From Candidatus Latescibacterota bacterium (GTDB taxonomy: Bacteria; Latescibacterota; UBA2968): a stretch of 64,000 nt of DNA. A program made the position numbers and the translations under genes. The notes beneath the pieces are model-generated. The model had not been told where the DNA came from, did not search any database, and saw only the letters and a program-made list of their open reading frames with translations. Each line of letters begins with the position of its first letter. Position 1 is the stretch's first letter. Of the stretch, positions 29,731 through 40,614 are shown one piece after another. Where the stretch lies: positions 5,088,001 to 5,152,000 of the forward strand of contig OZ240241.1 of the NCBI GenBank assembly GCA_965198115.1. Direction: 5' to 3'.

Positions 29731-31959
29731 TCATTGCTGACCCACTTCTTCGAGGATCGAGCTGATTGCGCCGAGGTCATATCGGTCGGCGAGCGTGCGA
29801 AGATGGTCGGCGAGTTGACGCTCTCGATTGCCCATGTCGAACAGGAGATCGATACTGCGCCTCAGATCGGTGATGCTGTGATCGGCGGCGGCCGATAGGA
29901 GATCTTCACGAATGGGCCGGGGCAGCTCGAGGCTGGTCCAATCCTCTTGTGAGGCTTCGACTTCTTTCTCTTGCGTGAATTCGAAGCGAACGCCCAACAG
30001 GTCGGACAGGGCGGCGTAAACCTGCTCCGCCCGCAGCGGCTTGTCGATGAATTCATCGAACCCGATCTGCATGAACCGTTTTCGTTGATGCACGAAGACT
30101 GAAGCCGTGACGGCCACACATTTTAGCGTGCCCTCCCCGTGTTCCTCCATCAGACGTCTCAACGTCTCCTCACCATCCATTTCGGGCATTCGAATGTCGA
30201 GGAAAATGATGTCTGGCTTGGACTGACGAACTATATCGATCGCTTCGAATCCGCTGCTCGCGGTCTGGACCGTGACTCCGATGTTGTCCAGCATCTGGGT
30301 CAGGATGTCCCTGTTCGTCTCGACGTCGTCGACAACGAGTGCCGTGACGGTTTGCGATTCGGACAAACGCTCGACCGCGGACCAGTCTCCTTCGACGGAT
30401 GGGCGCCCTACGTGCTCGCCGGTGGCCGATGGTAAGAGAAGGGTGAATTCGAAGCGAGTGCCCGGTCCCGATTTAGACTCGAGTGCGAGTTGTCCACCCA
30501 TCATCTTGACGTGGTGATCGGCGATCGCTAGGCCGAGTCCTGTACCTCCCTGGTCCATTCCTTCCTGTGACTGTTGGAAGGGCTGGAGGACTTTGGCCAG
30601 TTCCTGGTGTTCGATTCCGGATCCTGTGTCGTCGACGGCGAATCGATAACGATCGTCGCCCAGACTTTCGATAACGAGCGAAACGGATCCGGAGTCCGTG
30701 AACTTGACGCCGTTTGCAAGCAAGTTGATTAGGACCTGTCTCAGCTTGTTTTCGTCTCCCCTGACGGCGTGCCCGGGCAGTCCGTCGCGTGTCAGCTTCC
30801 ACGTGAGGTCTTTTTCCGCGCACCGGATCTCGAACATCGCACCGAGGGTCTGAGCAAGGTCCAACAGGTCGAAGTAGGTCGGGTTGAGGGATTCCCTTCC
30901 CGCCTCGATTTTCGAAATGTCGAGCACGTTGTTGATGAGGCCGAGGAGGTGCTCGCCGCTGCTCTGGATGGTTCGAATCGCCCTCTGATGCTTATCGGAG
31001 AGCTCTTCATCTTGCTTGAGGAGCTGGGCATAGCCCAAGATGGCGTTCATGGGTGTTCGTATTTCGTGACTCATGTTTGCGAGAAAGATGCTCTTCGTCC
31101 TGTTGGCCGCTTCCGCAGTCTGTCTGGCTTCTTCGGCCGAGGTGCGGGCCTGTTGCTCGGATTCGAGTGCGTCTTCCAGACGGACCGTCGCTTCCCGAAG
31201 TTCGATGGTCCGTTCTTCAACGCGGTGCTCCAGCGTGTCCCGCGCTTCCTGCAGGGACACGTCGCGTCTTTGTATCAGCTCGAGCATTTCGTTGAACGCC
31301 GAAGACAACACGCCCAGTTCATCGCTGCTGCGTGGCGTAACGCGCTGTGAGTAATCGGCCGTCTCGGAAACGTTCCGAGTCGTGGTGACCAGGTCGAGGA
31401 TGGGGGCCGAAATCGTCTTTTGCAGGACGACGGCGAGGCCCATCGAGAAGAACAGTCCAACGATCAGGACGAGGATCGCGTTTTCGATGTACTCCTCGAT
31501 GTTCTCCGCAAGCTGAGACAGATCGGCTCGCAGCAGGATCGTACCGATCCTTTCGCCGTTTCGCTCGATGGGGTGGAAGAGCTCGAGGAAACCATCATTG
31601 AAAGCGTGGTCGTGGCCGACGGGAGGCAAGGGAAAACTTCTGTGTTCCTCCCTGCTGTAGGAGGCGAAGACGGCTCCGTTGGCGTCGTAAACACAGGCGT
31701 TGGTGATGTTGGCCTCGACGCTCAGGGACATCAGGAGCTGTTCAGCAGCCCGGTCATCCATGAAGAGCAGCGTGGAGACACTGTTCTCGCCAATCAGTGC
31801 GGCCGTCGAGGAGATCTGCTTCACGAGGTTCGATCGAAACAGTCCGACTTCCTGCTGAACGAACACCGCGCTGGCCAGGACAAGCACCGCGAAGGCTGTG
31901 AAGAACTGAATCGTGATGAGTTTTTTTCTGATCGTCATTCTGTATCCCGGCTGAATCAC
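29731..31959 (-). CDS. Hybrid sensor histidine kinase (periplasmic CHASE-like, HAMP, HisKA, HATPase, REC)
   Basis: Two TMs, DELGVL..AFNEML, FLANMSHEIRTP, NLLANGVKFT, DTGSGI, GTGLGL, VVDD..DIIFLDIRMP..KP. Confidence 0.95.
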   Translation of the reverse strand: MIQPGYRMTIRKKLITIQFFTAFAVLVLASAVFVQQEVGLFRSNLVKQISSTAALIGENSVSTLLFMDDRAAEQLLMSLSVEANITNACVYDANGAVFASYSREEHRSFPLPPVGHDHAFNDGFLELFHPIERNGERIGTILLRADLSQLAENIEEYIENAILVLIVGLFFSMGLAVVLQKTISAPILDLVTTTRNVSETADYSQRVTPRSSDELGVLSSAFNEMLELIQRRDVSLQEARDTLEHRVEERTIELREATVRLEDALESEQQARTSAEEARQTAEAANRTKSIFLANMSHEIRTPMNAILGYAQLLKQDEELSDKHQRAIRTIQSSGEHLLGLINNVLDISKIEAGRESLNPTYFDLLDLAQTLGAMFEIRCAEKDLTWKLTRDGLPGHAVRGDENKLRQVLINLLANGVKFTDSGSVSLVIESLGDDRYRFAVDDTGSGIEHQELAKVLQPFQQSQEGMDQGGTGLGLAIADHHVKMMGGQLALESKSGPGTRFEFTLLLPSATGEHVGRPSVEGDWSAVERLSESQTVTALVVDDVETNRDILTQMLDNIGVTVQTASSGFEAIDIVRQSKPDIIFLDIRMPEMDGEETLRRLMEEHGEGTLKCVAVTASVFVHQRKRFMQIGFDEFIDKPLRAEQVYAALSDLLGVRFEFTQEKEVEASQEDWTSLELPRPIREDLLSAAADHSITDLRRSIDLLFDMGNRERQLADHLRTLADRYDLGAISSILEEVGQQ

Positions 31960-31982
31960 TCCGAGCTATTCTCAGCGTACGC

Positions 31983-32573
31983 TTACTTCACACGTGGTTC
32001 GTCGACCAGAATCGCGAGCTTAAGAAGCTGGGCGCTTGCCTGGAGCCGTGCCTGTTCGAGGCGTTGCCTGTTGATCTCGAACTTGAGTCTGTCGTCGACC
32101 AGGGCAAAGTTGATGGCCACACCCTCCTCGGCAAGCCCGGGTGTGTCCGAAACAGTCAAGATGTTCGAGTTCTCGAGCTGATCCTGGATTTTCTCGATTT
32201 GACCGGCGTATTCATTGGAGATAAAGAGTAGATGGCACATCGTCGCGTGCTCGATTTCGTCGAATACCATGATTTTGAGGTTTCGACCAGACACCTTGCG
32301 TTTTCTCGATATTTCGCGAAGTGTCGTTTCGATTTCGGTGTTCCCGAGGATCCCGATCGTGAACACGCTGTCCTGGAGGGACTCGGGCCACTGGATGTAG
32401 TCGATAAAATGATAGATGAAGGCCGCTTTGAACTGTGACAGACGGTCGCCAGGGTCTTCTTGTCCGTGGCTGGCACCGGGCAGGATGCCGCCAAGCGCAA
32501 TGACTGTGCAGGACACGAAGAGGATGTGAAGTCGAAACCAGCTCAGGGCCGGATGGTTGTTACGCCAGGGCAA
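31983..32573 (-). CDS. YfiR/HmsC-family (DUF4154) periplasmic protein
   Basis: KAAFIYHFIDYIQWP, CHLLFIS, ILTVSD, KFEIN....A.L..SAQLLKLA. Confidence 0.92.
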   Translation of the reverse strand: MPWRNNHPALSWFRLHILFVSCTVIALGGILPGASHGQEDPGDRLSQFKAAFIYHFIDYIQWPESLQDSVFTIGILGNTEIETTLREISRKRKVSGRNLKIMVFDEIEHATMCHLLFISNEYAGQIEKIQDQLENSNILTVSDTPGLAEEGVAINFALVDDRLKFEINRQRLEQARLQASAQLLKLAILVDEPRVK

Positions 32574-32580
32574 GAGATCC

Positions 32581-35500
32581 TCAGTACTCGATGGCGAATC
32601 GGAAGACGAAAGCGCGACCGGGCTGAGGGATGAGGGAGTTTCTGAATCCCAAGCTTCTGCCGGAGAAAACGTCCCCGCTGTCTGCCTGTTCGACCCCCGG
32701 ATGGAAATAGTCGTGGTCGAACAGATTCGAAATCTTGAGGGTAAGCCAAAAGGGGCCGTAGGTGTAGCTGAGCGCACCGTGAGCGACCAGATAGGGATCG
32801 ATCGTCTTGCCCTGATTCCTTAGTGGATTCTGGGAATAGAGTTCGCGTCTCTCTACGAGGTTCCCGCGTAGGTTCAGACCCGAGGACAGGGGGAGGTTGA
32901 CGCCGACGTTGATCTTGTGGGGCGCGATGTCGCCTAGGTCCGTGTCACCGACGACCCAATCGCCAGCGGCGTGGTCGAAGTGGATGCTGCTCGTGACGCT
33001 GGTATAGGTGTAGTTGAAGAAGCCGGATATGTCTGTTGCATTCTGGACGAAATTCGGGATGGCGTATCGAGCGCGGTATTCGATTCCCCATATGTCACGA
33101 CTTCCGGCGTTTTCCGCTTCTTCTTTAATGACGTTGTCGTAGTGCGAGAAAAAGAGGGAGACGTCGTGAAACGAGTGCTCGGTCTGCACCATCCCGATGG
33201 CTTCGATGTTCCGGACTTCTTCGGGCTTGAGGTCGGGGTTTGCGAGCCTGCCGTTCCATCCACCCCACAGCAGGATGGGCGCGGGCTCCTGAAAAGCCTC
33301 CCCATAGAGGACTTTGAACGCGCTTCGCTTGGAGAATCTGTAGATCGAGGAGATCCTCGGATTGATTGACCGCCCGTAGAGGGAGTTGTGGTCGATCCTG
33401 ACTCCCGCGTTGAACCGGAAGGGGTCCCTTACCCAGATTCCCTGAACGAAGCCACCGATATCCTCCGTAATAGCCAGGTTGTTGGGTGGCATGTTCGGGT
33501 TCGGTGGCGCAGGGATGAGGTAGTTGGCATCGCTGCTGTGTCCGATTCCGGCGCCGAAGCCGTGAGGCCCCGGATCGTTCGATGCCACGGTGGAACTAAA
33601 GGCGTTCCAATACCCTGGGATGTCGTAGGCCTTGGTGAGTTCCTTCCGCTCGAATTTGAACCCACCCGTCAGGACGTGGGGACCGACGTTGGCCTCGAAC
33701 TGCTGTTTGAACAGCCAGCTGTTACTGATCGAGTTCCATTGCGTCAGGCTGATGAAGGAGTCCCCCTCGTTACCGGCGCGCCAGTCCGGCAACGCTTCGG
33801 GCCAACCACCCCACGTCCGGCTTTTTCGAAAAGAGAGGAGGGACTTGCTCTTTATGGGGTCAGTGACCTGTCGCTCGGACTCTGCGTAGACATTCGAACC
33901 CGATGTATTCCAAAAAACGTTGTTCTGAACCCGATCCGCGGCGTACTGAGGTCCATAGCCCTCCTTCCGCACCCATCGCACGAACCCAAGTTTGACACCG
34001 CGATAGCTCACACTTCCGATTACTCCGTTGTCGTCCGACGGATCGTGGTAGGTTCCGAAATTTCGGTTTCGATGTTCGTGATCGAGAATGGGGCCCCAGG
34101 TCTGCCGATCCCCGTAGAGGTTTGGGCTGATGAATCCGAATCGGTTGGAGAGATTCGGCTCGTCGCTTCTGAACACGCGACCCGACACGTGGTAGGCGAC
34201 TTCGCCAATTCTTCCTCGCAATGCCGCGTCGACACTTCCCGTGTTGTAGCTGCCCCCGTGAATACCGACATGGGCTCGATTGCCATCTTGATCAGACTCG
34301 GTTCCGTCGTACGTGACGATGTTGACGATTCCGAGGAAGGCATTCGGTCCGTAAATGGCCGAAGCGGGTCCGTAGAGGACTTCGACTCGCTTGATACTCG
34401 ACAAGGGGTATCTGCGACTGAACACTGCCTGGTGCGTCCAGAGATGGTTGTCTACCTGATTGTTGATCATCAGGAGCGTGCGTTGCGTCGAAGGATGGCG
34501 GTAGCCTCGCTGGTAGGCGTAGAGATAGGGGATCCCGTTGGCGAGGATCGTGTCGAAACCCGGGAGGTCGACGATGATTTCGGCCAGGTTCGTGTAACCT
34601 CGCTGTCGGATGTCCTGTGCGGTTATAACAAGGCTCTATCCGGGTTTCTCAACGGTGAAACTATAGAATGACAAGGTCATAGATCGTTCCCTACGCTTGG
34701 TTGTGTGTGTAGGACAATCAAAGCGAAGGGGGTGCGACCTATGACCGGGAGCAGATTACTATCGGAACTGCTGAGATTCAAGGGGTTCCGTGTTGTCAGC
34801 TGGTGGTTTGAGGGGAGAAGCTGCTTCGTCATCGCCGTAAAGCCCCATAAGAATGGTTGTTGTTGTCCGGAGTGCGGCCGTCGAGGTAAAATCGTCCGCA
34901 CAATGCCCCATCCGCGTCGGTGGCGTGACATTCCGGTGTGCGGGTGGAGGGTCTGGCTTCTCTACCATCCTCGGGAGATTCGGTGTCCTACCCACGGTCG
35001 TGTGGTCGAGGAGATTCCGTGGGCGGAGCGGTTGCGCTACTGCCAGACCATGACGCAGAAGGCGGCGTCCGAGTTACTGCGCATCTCTGCCTCGACGCTG
35101 TCGGATCTCCTTCACCGATCCATCACGCGGCTTCGTGAAGGTCATCGTATCCGAGGGCTCAAAACCATCGGGATCGACGAGATCTCCTACGCCAAGCGTC
35201 ACAGGTACGCCACGCTCGTTTACGATCTGGACCGCTCCTGCGTGGTGTGGGTTGGCCGCGGCAGGGCGCGTAAAACGATCGATCGGTTCTTCACAGAGGC
35301 TCTCAGTCCCTACCGGAGATCCAAGATCGAGTGGGCCTGCTGCGACATGAGCGAAGCTTACATCGGAGCCATCCAGGAACACTGTCCGAATGCCAAGCTG
35401 GTCCTCGATCGCTTTCACATCGTCAAGGCTCTCAATGCCGCCGTTGACGAGGTCCGTAAGGACCAGTGGCGTAAAGCTGCCCCGGATGAGCGCAAAGCCA

Positions 35501-36280
35501 TGAAGGGCCTCCGATGGCTCCTCTACCGGCACTCAGCGACACGCTCCAGAGGGGATACTCGGACACTCAAAGCACTGGAGAAGGCGAACTACCGAATCTA
35601 TAGAGCCTGGAGACTCAAGGACGAGTTCGAGCAGTTCTGGGAATACAAAGCGCCCTGGGCTGCCGAACGCTTCCTGAAATGCTGGACGACGTCCGCACTC
35701 AGAAGTCGACTTGAACCCCTGCGAAAGTTCGTCAGGACCCTGCGACAGCACTTCTTCGGCGTCCTCGCATTCGTGAACACGCGTCTTACCAACGCCATCG
35801 CCGAAGGCCTCAACCGAATCGTCCAAATCGTCAAGAACCGAGCCAGCGGATTCCGCACACTCGACGCATTCAACGATATGATCTTCCTTACCGTCGGAGA
35901 CATAAACATCCCTGAGCAGATTCCGAAGAGGTTCCGCACACTCTAACCGCGCCCCCATGCCAGGAACCACGGCACCTTCACCCACTCATCTCGTTGAGAG
36001 ATCCGGATATAGCCTATAACAACCAGTGCCGCGGGTGCTTCGAAGATGCTCTCTTCGATTCCCGAGGCGAGCGACACGTCTACCTTCATGAGTTCCGACA
36101 GGGGGGTCGATAGGAGTTCCTCGAGGTCCTGGGCGGATGCGGCGGAGCTGAGAAGAATCAGTAGACAGATGATGGTGGACAGAGGACGGTATACGGTGGA
36201 CCCTGTAAAGGGCTTTGCCCGTTTGGCTGTCGGCTTTCGGCGGTGGGCGGTTGGCAGTGGAGACGGCTTTGCCCCCATCG
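32581..36280 (-). pseudogene. TonB-dependent receptor interrupted by ISL3 copy C
   Basis: N-terminal LEELLSTPLSELMKVDVSLAS..EAPAALVVI rejoins in frame with TAQDIRQRGY.NLAE..LPG; RVEVLYGPASAIYG; C-terminal GR....IEY; start uncertain. Confidence 0.9.
34632..36014 (+). mobile_element. ISL3-family element, copy C (36-bp in-frame deletion in transposase)
   Basis: Same IRs; perfect 8-bp target duplication TATAACAA; lacks FSRVTYRFEYAM. Confidence 0.97.
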
Positions 36281-36538
36281 CCGAAGCTACGGCAGACAGG
36301 CGGTGGACCCCTCGACTGCGCTCTTCTCGCTTCGCTCTTTTCGCTAGGCTCGAAGCAGGCCTCCGCAGGTTCAGGCAGGCTCTGGACGGTGGGCGGAAAG
36401 AAAAACGCGTCATTCCACTACGATTGTGGCTCTTGAAATGGATTTGGAGACCTATCGGGTGGGTGGTCTACCACCGTTCTGGCGGGAAGTGTTAAAACAG
36501 AACCTATCTTCTTTGTAAACCGTAAGATGGAGGACGGC

Positions 36539-39358
36539 TCAGATCCCGAGGAGGTAGGAAAGTTTGAGCAACAAAGCGCGATTGCGTTCTTCGAAGCCAC
36601 CGATCGTCCCGAATGCCTGGTCGTAGACGAGAAAGATGTCGCTGCCGGGGCGGTAGCGATAGTTGACGAGGAAGTTGAAGCTGGCGAGCTCGTCTTCGTT
36701 GTTCCATTGGGTGAAGAGCTTGACGAAGAAGTCGGTTGTGAAGGAGTAGATCAGTCGCGCGTTGACGAGCTGTACATTCACGTTTCCTTCGGGCATCCTG
36801 AGCCAGTTGGTTTCGTATTCGGTTTCCACGTTGAACCGTCCCGAGGGCTTGATCGCGCTTCGAACTGTGAGGGTGTACTTGTCGCCGGTGTAGAAGCTCC
36901 CTGCCTCGAAATCGACCTGGCCTTGCAGCTTTCGATTCCGGCTCGTTCGGACACCCGCTTTGGTGGACACGAAATCGTAGGTGCCGGCGGGAATGACAAC
37001 ATCCGGACGACGGTCCGACGGTTCGAACGGTTCGACGACTTCGTCTCGCTCCCAGACCACTTCGAGGTCGAAGTCGTCGCTTTGGAAGTTCTCGAGGCTT
37101 ATCTCGAAGGTGGTTTCTGCGTTCTTCAGGTCGTTCTGCCGATCGGTAAAGATCTTCGATCCTAGGCGGAACCGGGCCGAGTAGATTCCCCAGGTCCGGA
37201 TACGAGGTTCGATGCCATAGCGACTTTCATATCGTCGGAATCCATCGAGATCCCCCCGGCGGTTCACGAATCCGACTTCCGGTTCGAAGAAGTCATCGAC
37301 GTCCAGAAAGATGGCGCGCCAATCCGCGAGAGATCCGCGGTAGTCTGCGCGCGCCCAAAAAGCGTTCCCGGGATTCAGTTCCGAGTCCCAGGTTCGGGCG
37401 GCAAAACCCTTGAAGTTCAAGGACCTGGTGGGGGAATAGCTGAAGTCAAGGCCGCCGGCGCGGTTGTAGCTGTCCCAGCCCGAATCGGGTATGCTGGTTT
37501 GCTTGTTCACGAAGATGAAACCCACGTTGGACCGGGCCAACAGGTCTTGTCGCATCCTCACGACGCTGAAGTTACTCCTGGGCACAGTGATCTGCCCATC
37601 GACGTCCTGAAACGTGGTGTTGTCCGTGAGGGCATTCATGACTCCCAGACTGGTGCGGCCCACCTTACCGGCGATCTTCGATCCAAGGACGATCGGTACC
37701 AGTCTCTTGTCTTCCAGCCCGATACGTCGGCTGTTGAACAGGAGTGTCGGGGGGCGTGCGTCACTGCCACGCGTTACAGCTGCCTCTCCGAAGCTAAAAA
37801 CGTTCGCTCCTTCGAGGAAGAACTCGCGCTTTTCGGGAAAGAAGAGACTGAACTGCGTCAGGTTGACCTGCTCCTGATCGCCCTCGACCTGGGCAAAGTC
37901 GGTGTTGTAGGAGAGGTCGAGCGTCAGGTTAGAGGTGATCCCGTAACGCAGGTCGGCGCCCGACTCGAATGTCTGCTTCTGCTCAGGATCGATCGCGAGT
38001 CGATCCCTGGAGCTGCTTGGCAGGATGTAAGGTTTGATCTGCAGCAGGCGCTTGGAACGAACACCTTCCATCCCTCTCAACTCGGCAATGTCAGAAGTCC
38101 AGTAGCGGGCGCGTCCGCTGGATGATTGTGTCCCGACCACGAGAGCGACCTCCTCGTTCTTCGCGGACACGCCCCGGCCGAGATTGAGGCCCCAGGTGGT
38201 GGCCCCCTCCTTGAATCGCAGCTGATCGAATGGGATCTGCATTTCGACGGACCAACCCCCTTCGTGGCGATGCGTCTTGGATTTCCAGTTGGCGTCCCAG
38301 CTGTCGTTGCTGGTCCGGCCTTCGTTCGAGAGGAGCAGATCACGCTGTGTGCCGTGCGGGTTGACGAAAAAGAAGAATCCGTTCTGGCGGTCGTTGTAAG
38401 TGTCGAGCAGAACCGAAATATGGTCGTCCCCGGACAGGATCTCGTCCCGACGCATGTTGTTGGCAACGATGCGTTCGGGCGTCTCCGAGGCGCATTCGAA
38501 ACCGATGTAGAGGTTGTCTTCGTCGTAGAGGACTCGAGCTTCGGTGGGGTCCGTACCCGGCATCCAGTAATCCGGCTCCCTTTGCACGAATCCCCGAATC
38601 GGCCGTGCCTGGCCCCAGACGGGATCGTCGAGCCTGCCGTCGAGGTCCGGCCCCTCGTCGACGCGGGTCGCGTAAACGGTTCGACGGGATCGACGTGGGT
38701 TGCCGTCTCCGCGAGCGACGCCGATCAATCGGTCTTCCTGCTGTGGATGTGAGCCTGTTGGTGAGACGTTGTGTGCGACGAGCAGGTCCCCCAGTTCCTT
38801 GATCACCTCGAAGGATTCCCCTTGGGCGTTTCCGCTCGCAGCGGACAACGTACTCCAGAGCGGGACCGAGTCCTTCATGCCCTCGACGTAGACCAGCTGG
38901 TCTACGACCTGGCGCACTCGACCCTCCATCGACCCGAAGGCGCTCTGGAGCATCGGCTCTGTCGGATCATCGTTCGCCTGGCCATCGGTGGCTGCCGTAC
39001 CGGATACGGCGACACGCAGATCACCCGCGCGGGCAGCGCTGACGAGCGTCCCTTCCGTCACCCCCGGCGCGAATTCGACGACTTCGGCGCGAACGAATCG
39101 TCCAGATCCGCTGACGATCCTCGCGATGCCCATCGCCTGTTCCTCGCTCCCATTTGTGGCCAGAAGCCGCAACGTGTTGCCGACCGTTGGCTGCCCGTTC
39201 CCGGCCGTGTCGATGAACAGCAGCCGACCATCCGTCCGGACGACGTAGCCTTCCTGGCTTCGCGCAGGTGTGCTAGAGACCAGAAACCACGTTAGAACAC
39301 CGAGGGCGAGGACCCACCCAGCGGACCTTTTTGTCTTCGAATGTCGAACTCGCTTCAT
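36539..39358 (-). CDS. CBM9-like sugar-binding + DUF5916 outer-membrane protein
   Basis: Signal peptide; PDLDGRLDDPVW, YDEDNLYIG, WSVEMQIPF..LRF, NTDFAQVEGD, FFPEKREFFLEG, C-terminal LKLSY. Confidence 0.88.
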   Translation of the reverse strand: MKRVRHSKTKRSAGWVLALGVLTWFLVSSTPARSQEGYVVRTDGRLLFIDTAGNGQPTVGNTLRLLATNGSEEQAMGIARIVSGSGRFVRAEVVEFAPGVTEGTLVSAARAGDLRVAVSGTAATDGQANDDPTEPMLQSAFGSMEGRVRQVVDQLVYVEGMKDSVPLWSTLSAASGNAQGESFEVIKELGDLLVAHNVSPTGSHPQQEDRLIGVARGDGNPRRSRRTVYATRVDEGPDLDGRLDDPVWGQARPIRGFVQREPDYWMPGTDPTEARVLYDEDNLYIGFECASETPERIVANNMRRDEILSGDDHISVLLDTYNDRQNGFFFFVNPHGTQRDLLLSNEGRTSNDSWDANWKSKTHRHEGGWSVEMQIPFDQLRFKEGATTWGLNLGRGVSAKNEEVALVVGTQSSSGRARYWTSDIAELRGMEGVRSKRLLQIKPYILPSSSRDRLAIDPEQKQTFESGADLRYGITSNLTLDLSYNTDFAQVEGDQEQVNLTQFSLFFPEKREFFLEGANVFSFGEAAVTRGSDARPPTLLFNSRRIGLEDKRLVPIVLGSKIAGKVGRTSLGVMNALTDNTTFQDVDGQITVPRSNFSVVRMRQDLLARSNVGFIFVNKQTSIPDSGWDSYNRAGGLDFSYSPTRSLNFKGFAARTWDSELNPGNAFWARADYRGSLADWRAIFLDVDDFFEPEVGFVNRRGDLDGFRRYESRYGIEPRIRTWGIYSARFRLGSKIFTDRQNDLKNAETTFEISLENFQSDDFDLEVVWERDEVVEPFEPSDRRPDVVIPAGTYDFVSTKAGVRTSRNRKLQGQVDFEAGSFYTGDKYTLTVRSAIKPSGRFNVETEYETNWLRMPEGNVNVQLVNARLIYSFTTDFFVKLFTQWNNEDELASFNFLVNYRYRPGSDIFLVYDQAFGTIGGFEERNRALLLKLSYLLGI

Positions 39359-39802
39359 AATCAGGTCGGGTGGGTGGTTCACTGAGAACGTCGATCGGGA
39401 AAGGATTTCCATAGACAAGTGAGCACATGCTCCTTTGTCAATCGCTCGTAGTATCCCCCGGACGACTGACACAGCCGTGAGTCGTGCGATTGGGCCTGTG
39501 AAAAGGCGAAGCCATTGGTGCGAGCGCAAATTCCGTACCCAAATTCCTTAAATGGCTATATATGATGATGTTAGCAAAGCGAAATGAGTGCGGCTTCCTT
39601 CGGCAGGCTCGTCTCGGCCACCTGCTATGAAGGTCATCACCACCCCGCTACGAAGTGGCGCAGATCCGTCGAACGTTTCGGTCAGCCGCTGACCTGCCCC
39701 CAGGTTCGAACAGTCCCCGCAGCGTGCCGTGAGGATGGTGTTTCGTCGAGGTGGTGGTTGTATATTCGGTCTTGTCCAGACAACCCATCCTCAGGAGACT
39801 TT

Positions 39803-40570
39803 ATGTACCCGAATCCGATGAAATCGAGACTTCAGGCCGGCGAGACGATACTCGGTACGTCTCTTCCCGCCCCTTTGCCACAGATCGCAGCGGCTGTGAT
39901 GCCGACCCAGCCGGATTTCATATGGATCGACACGGAGCACGCACCGTTCGGCACGGAAGCGCTCGGCACGATCCCCGTGATGGCACGGCAGAAGGGCGTA
40001 GCGCCGATGATTCGCGTGGCGTGGAACGATCCGGCGCTGATCAAGAAGGCCTACGACGTAGGGGCCGTGGCGGTGATGGTCCCTCAAGTGAACACGCGGG
40101 AAGAAGCCGAACGGGCGGTGCAATATGCGAGGTATCCTCCGTTAGGCCAGCGGGGGATTTCACCGTCGTGGCCCATCCTGGCAGGTGAAGACTGGAACAA
40201 CGTCATCAAAACCGCGAACGAGGAAACGGTACTCGTGCTTCAGGTCGAAAGCCAGGAAGCTTACGACAACCTGGACGACATCAAGCAGGTGCCCGGTATC
40301 GACGTGCTGCTGGTCGGCCCGTTAGATCTGTCCGCCTCGGTGGGGACGATCACCAATACGGGTTCGAAAGAAGTGCAGGACATTATGAAGGCGGTACCAG
40401 AGCGCCTGGAGGGCACGGGTATTGCCGCGGGGACGACGCTCGGCGATGTCGAGGAGATCAAGGAGAAGCTGGGATGGGGTTATCGCTTTATGAATGTGGG
40501 CAGCGCGATCGGGTACGGCACACAGGTGCTCCAGGGCCATCTGGATGAGTTGAGGCAGGGCCTGGGTTGA
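39803..40570 (+). CDS. HpcH/HpaI aldolase family protein
   Basis: DFIWIDTEH, RV, YPPLGQRG, QVES, VGPLDLS; AGGAG RBS. Confidence 0.93.
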   Translation: MYPNPMKSRLQAGETILGTSLPAPLPQIAAAVMPTQPDFIWIDTEHAPFGTEALGTIPVMARQKGVAPMIRVAWNDPALIKKAYDVGAVAVMVPQVNTREEAERAVQYARYPPLGQRGISPSWPILAGEDWNNVIKTANEETVLVLQVESQEAYDNLDDIKQVPGIDVLLVGPLDLSASVGTITNTGSKEVQDIMKAVPERLEGTGIAAGTTLGDVEEIKEKLGWGYRFMNVGSAIGYGTQVLQGHLDELRQGLG

Positions 40571-40614
40571 GAGAGAAGCCAGTTGTCGTTGTCAGAAGTT
40601 CTTAAGGATCGTGG

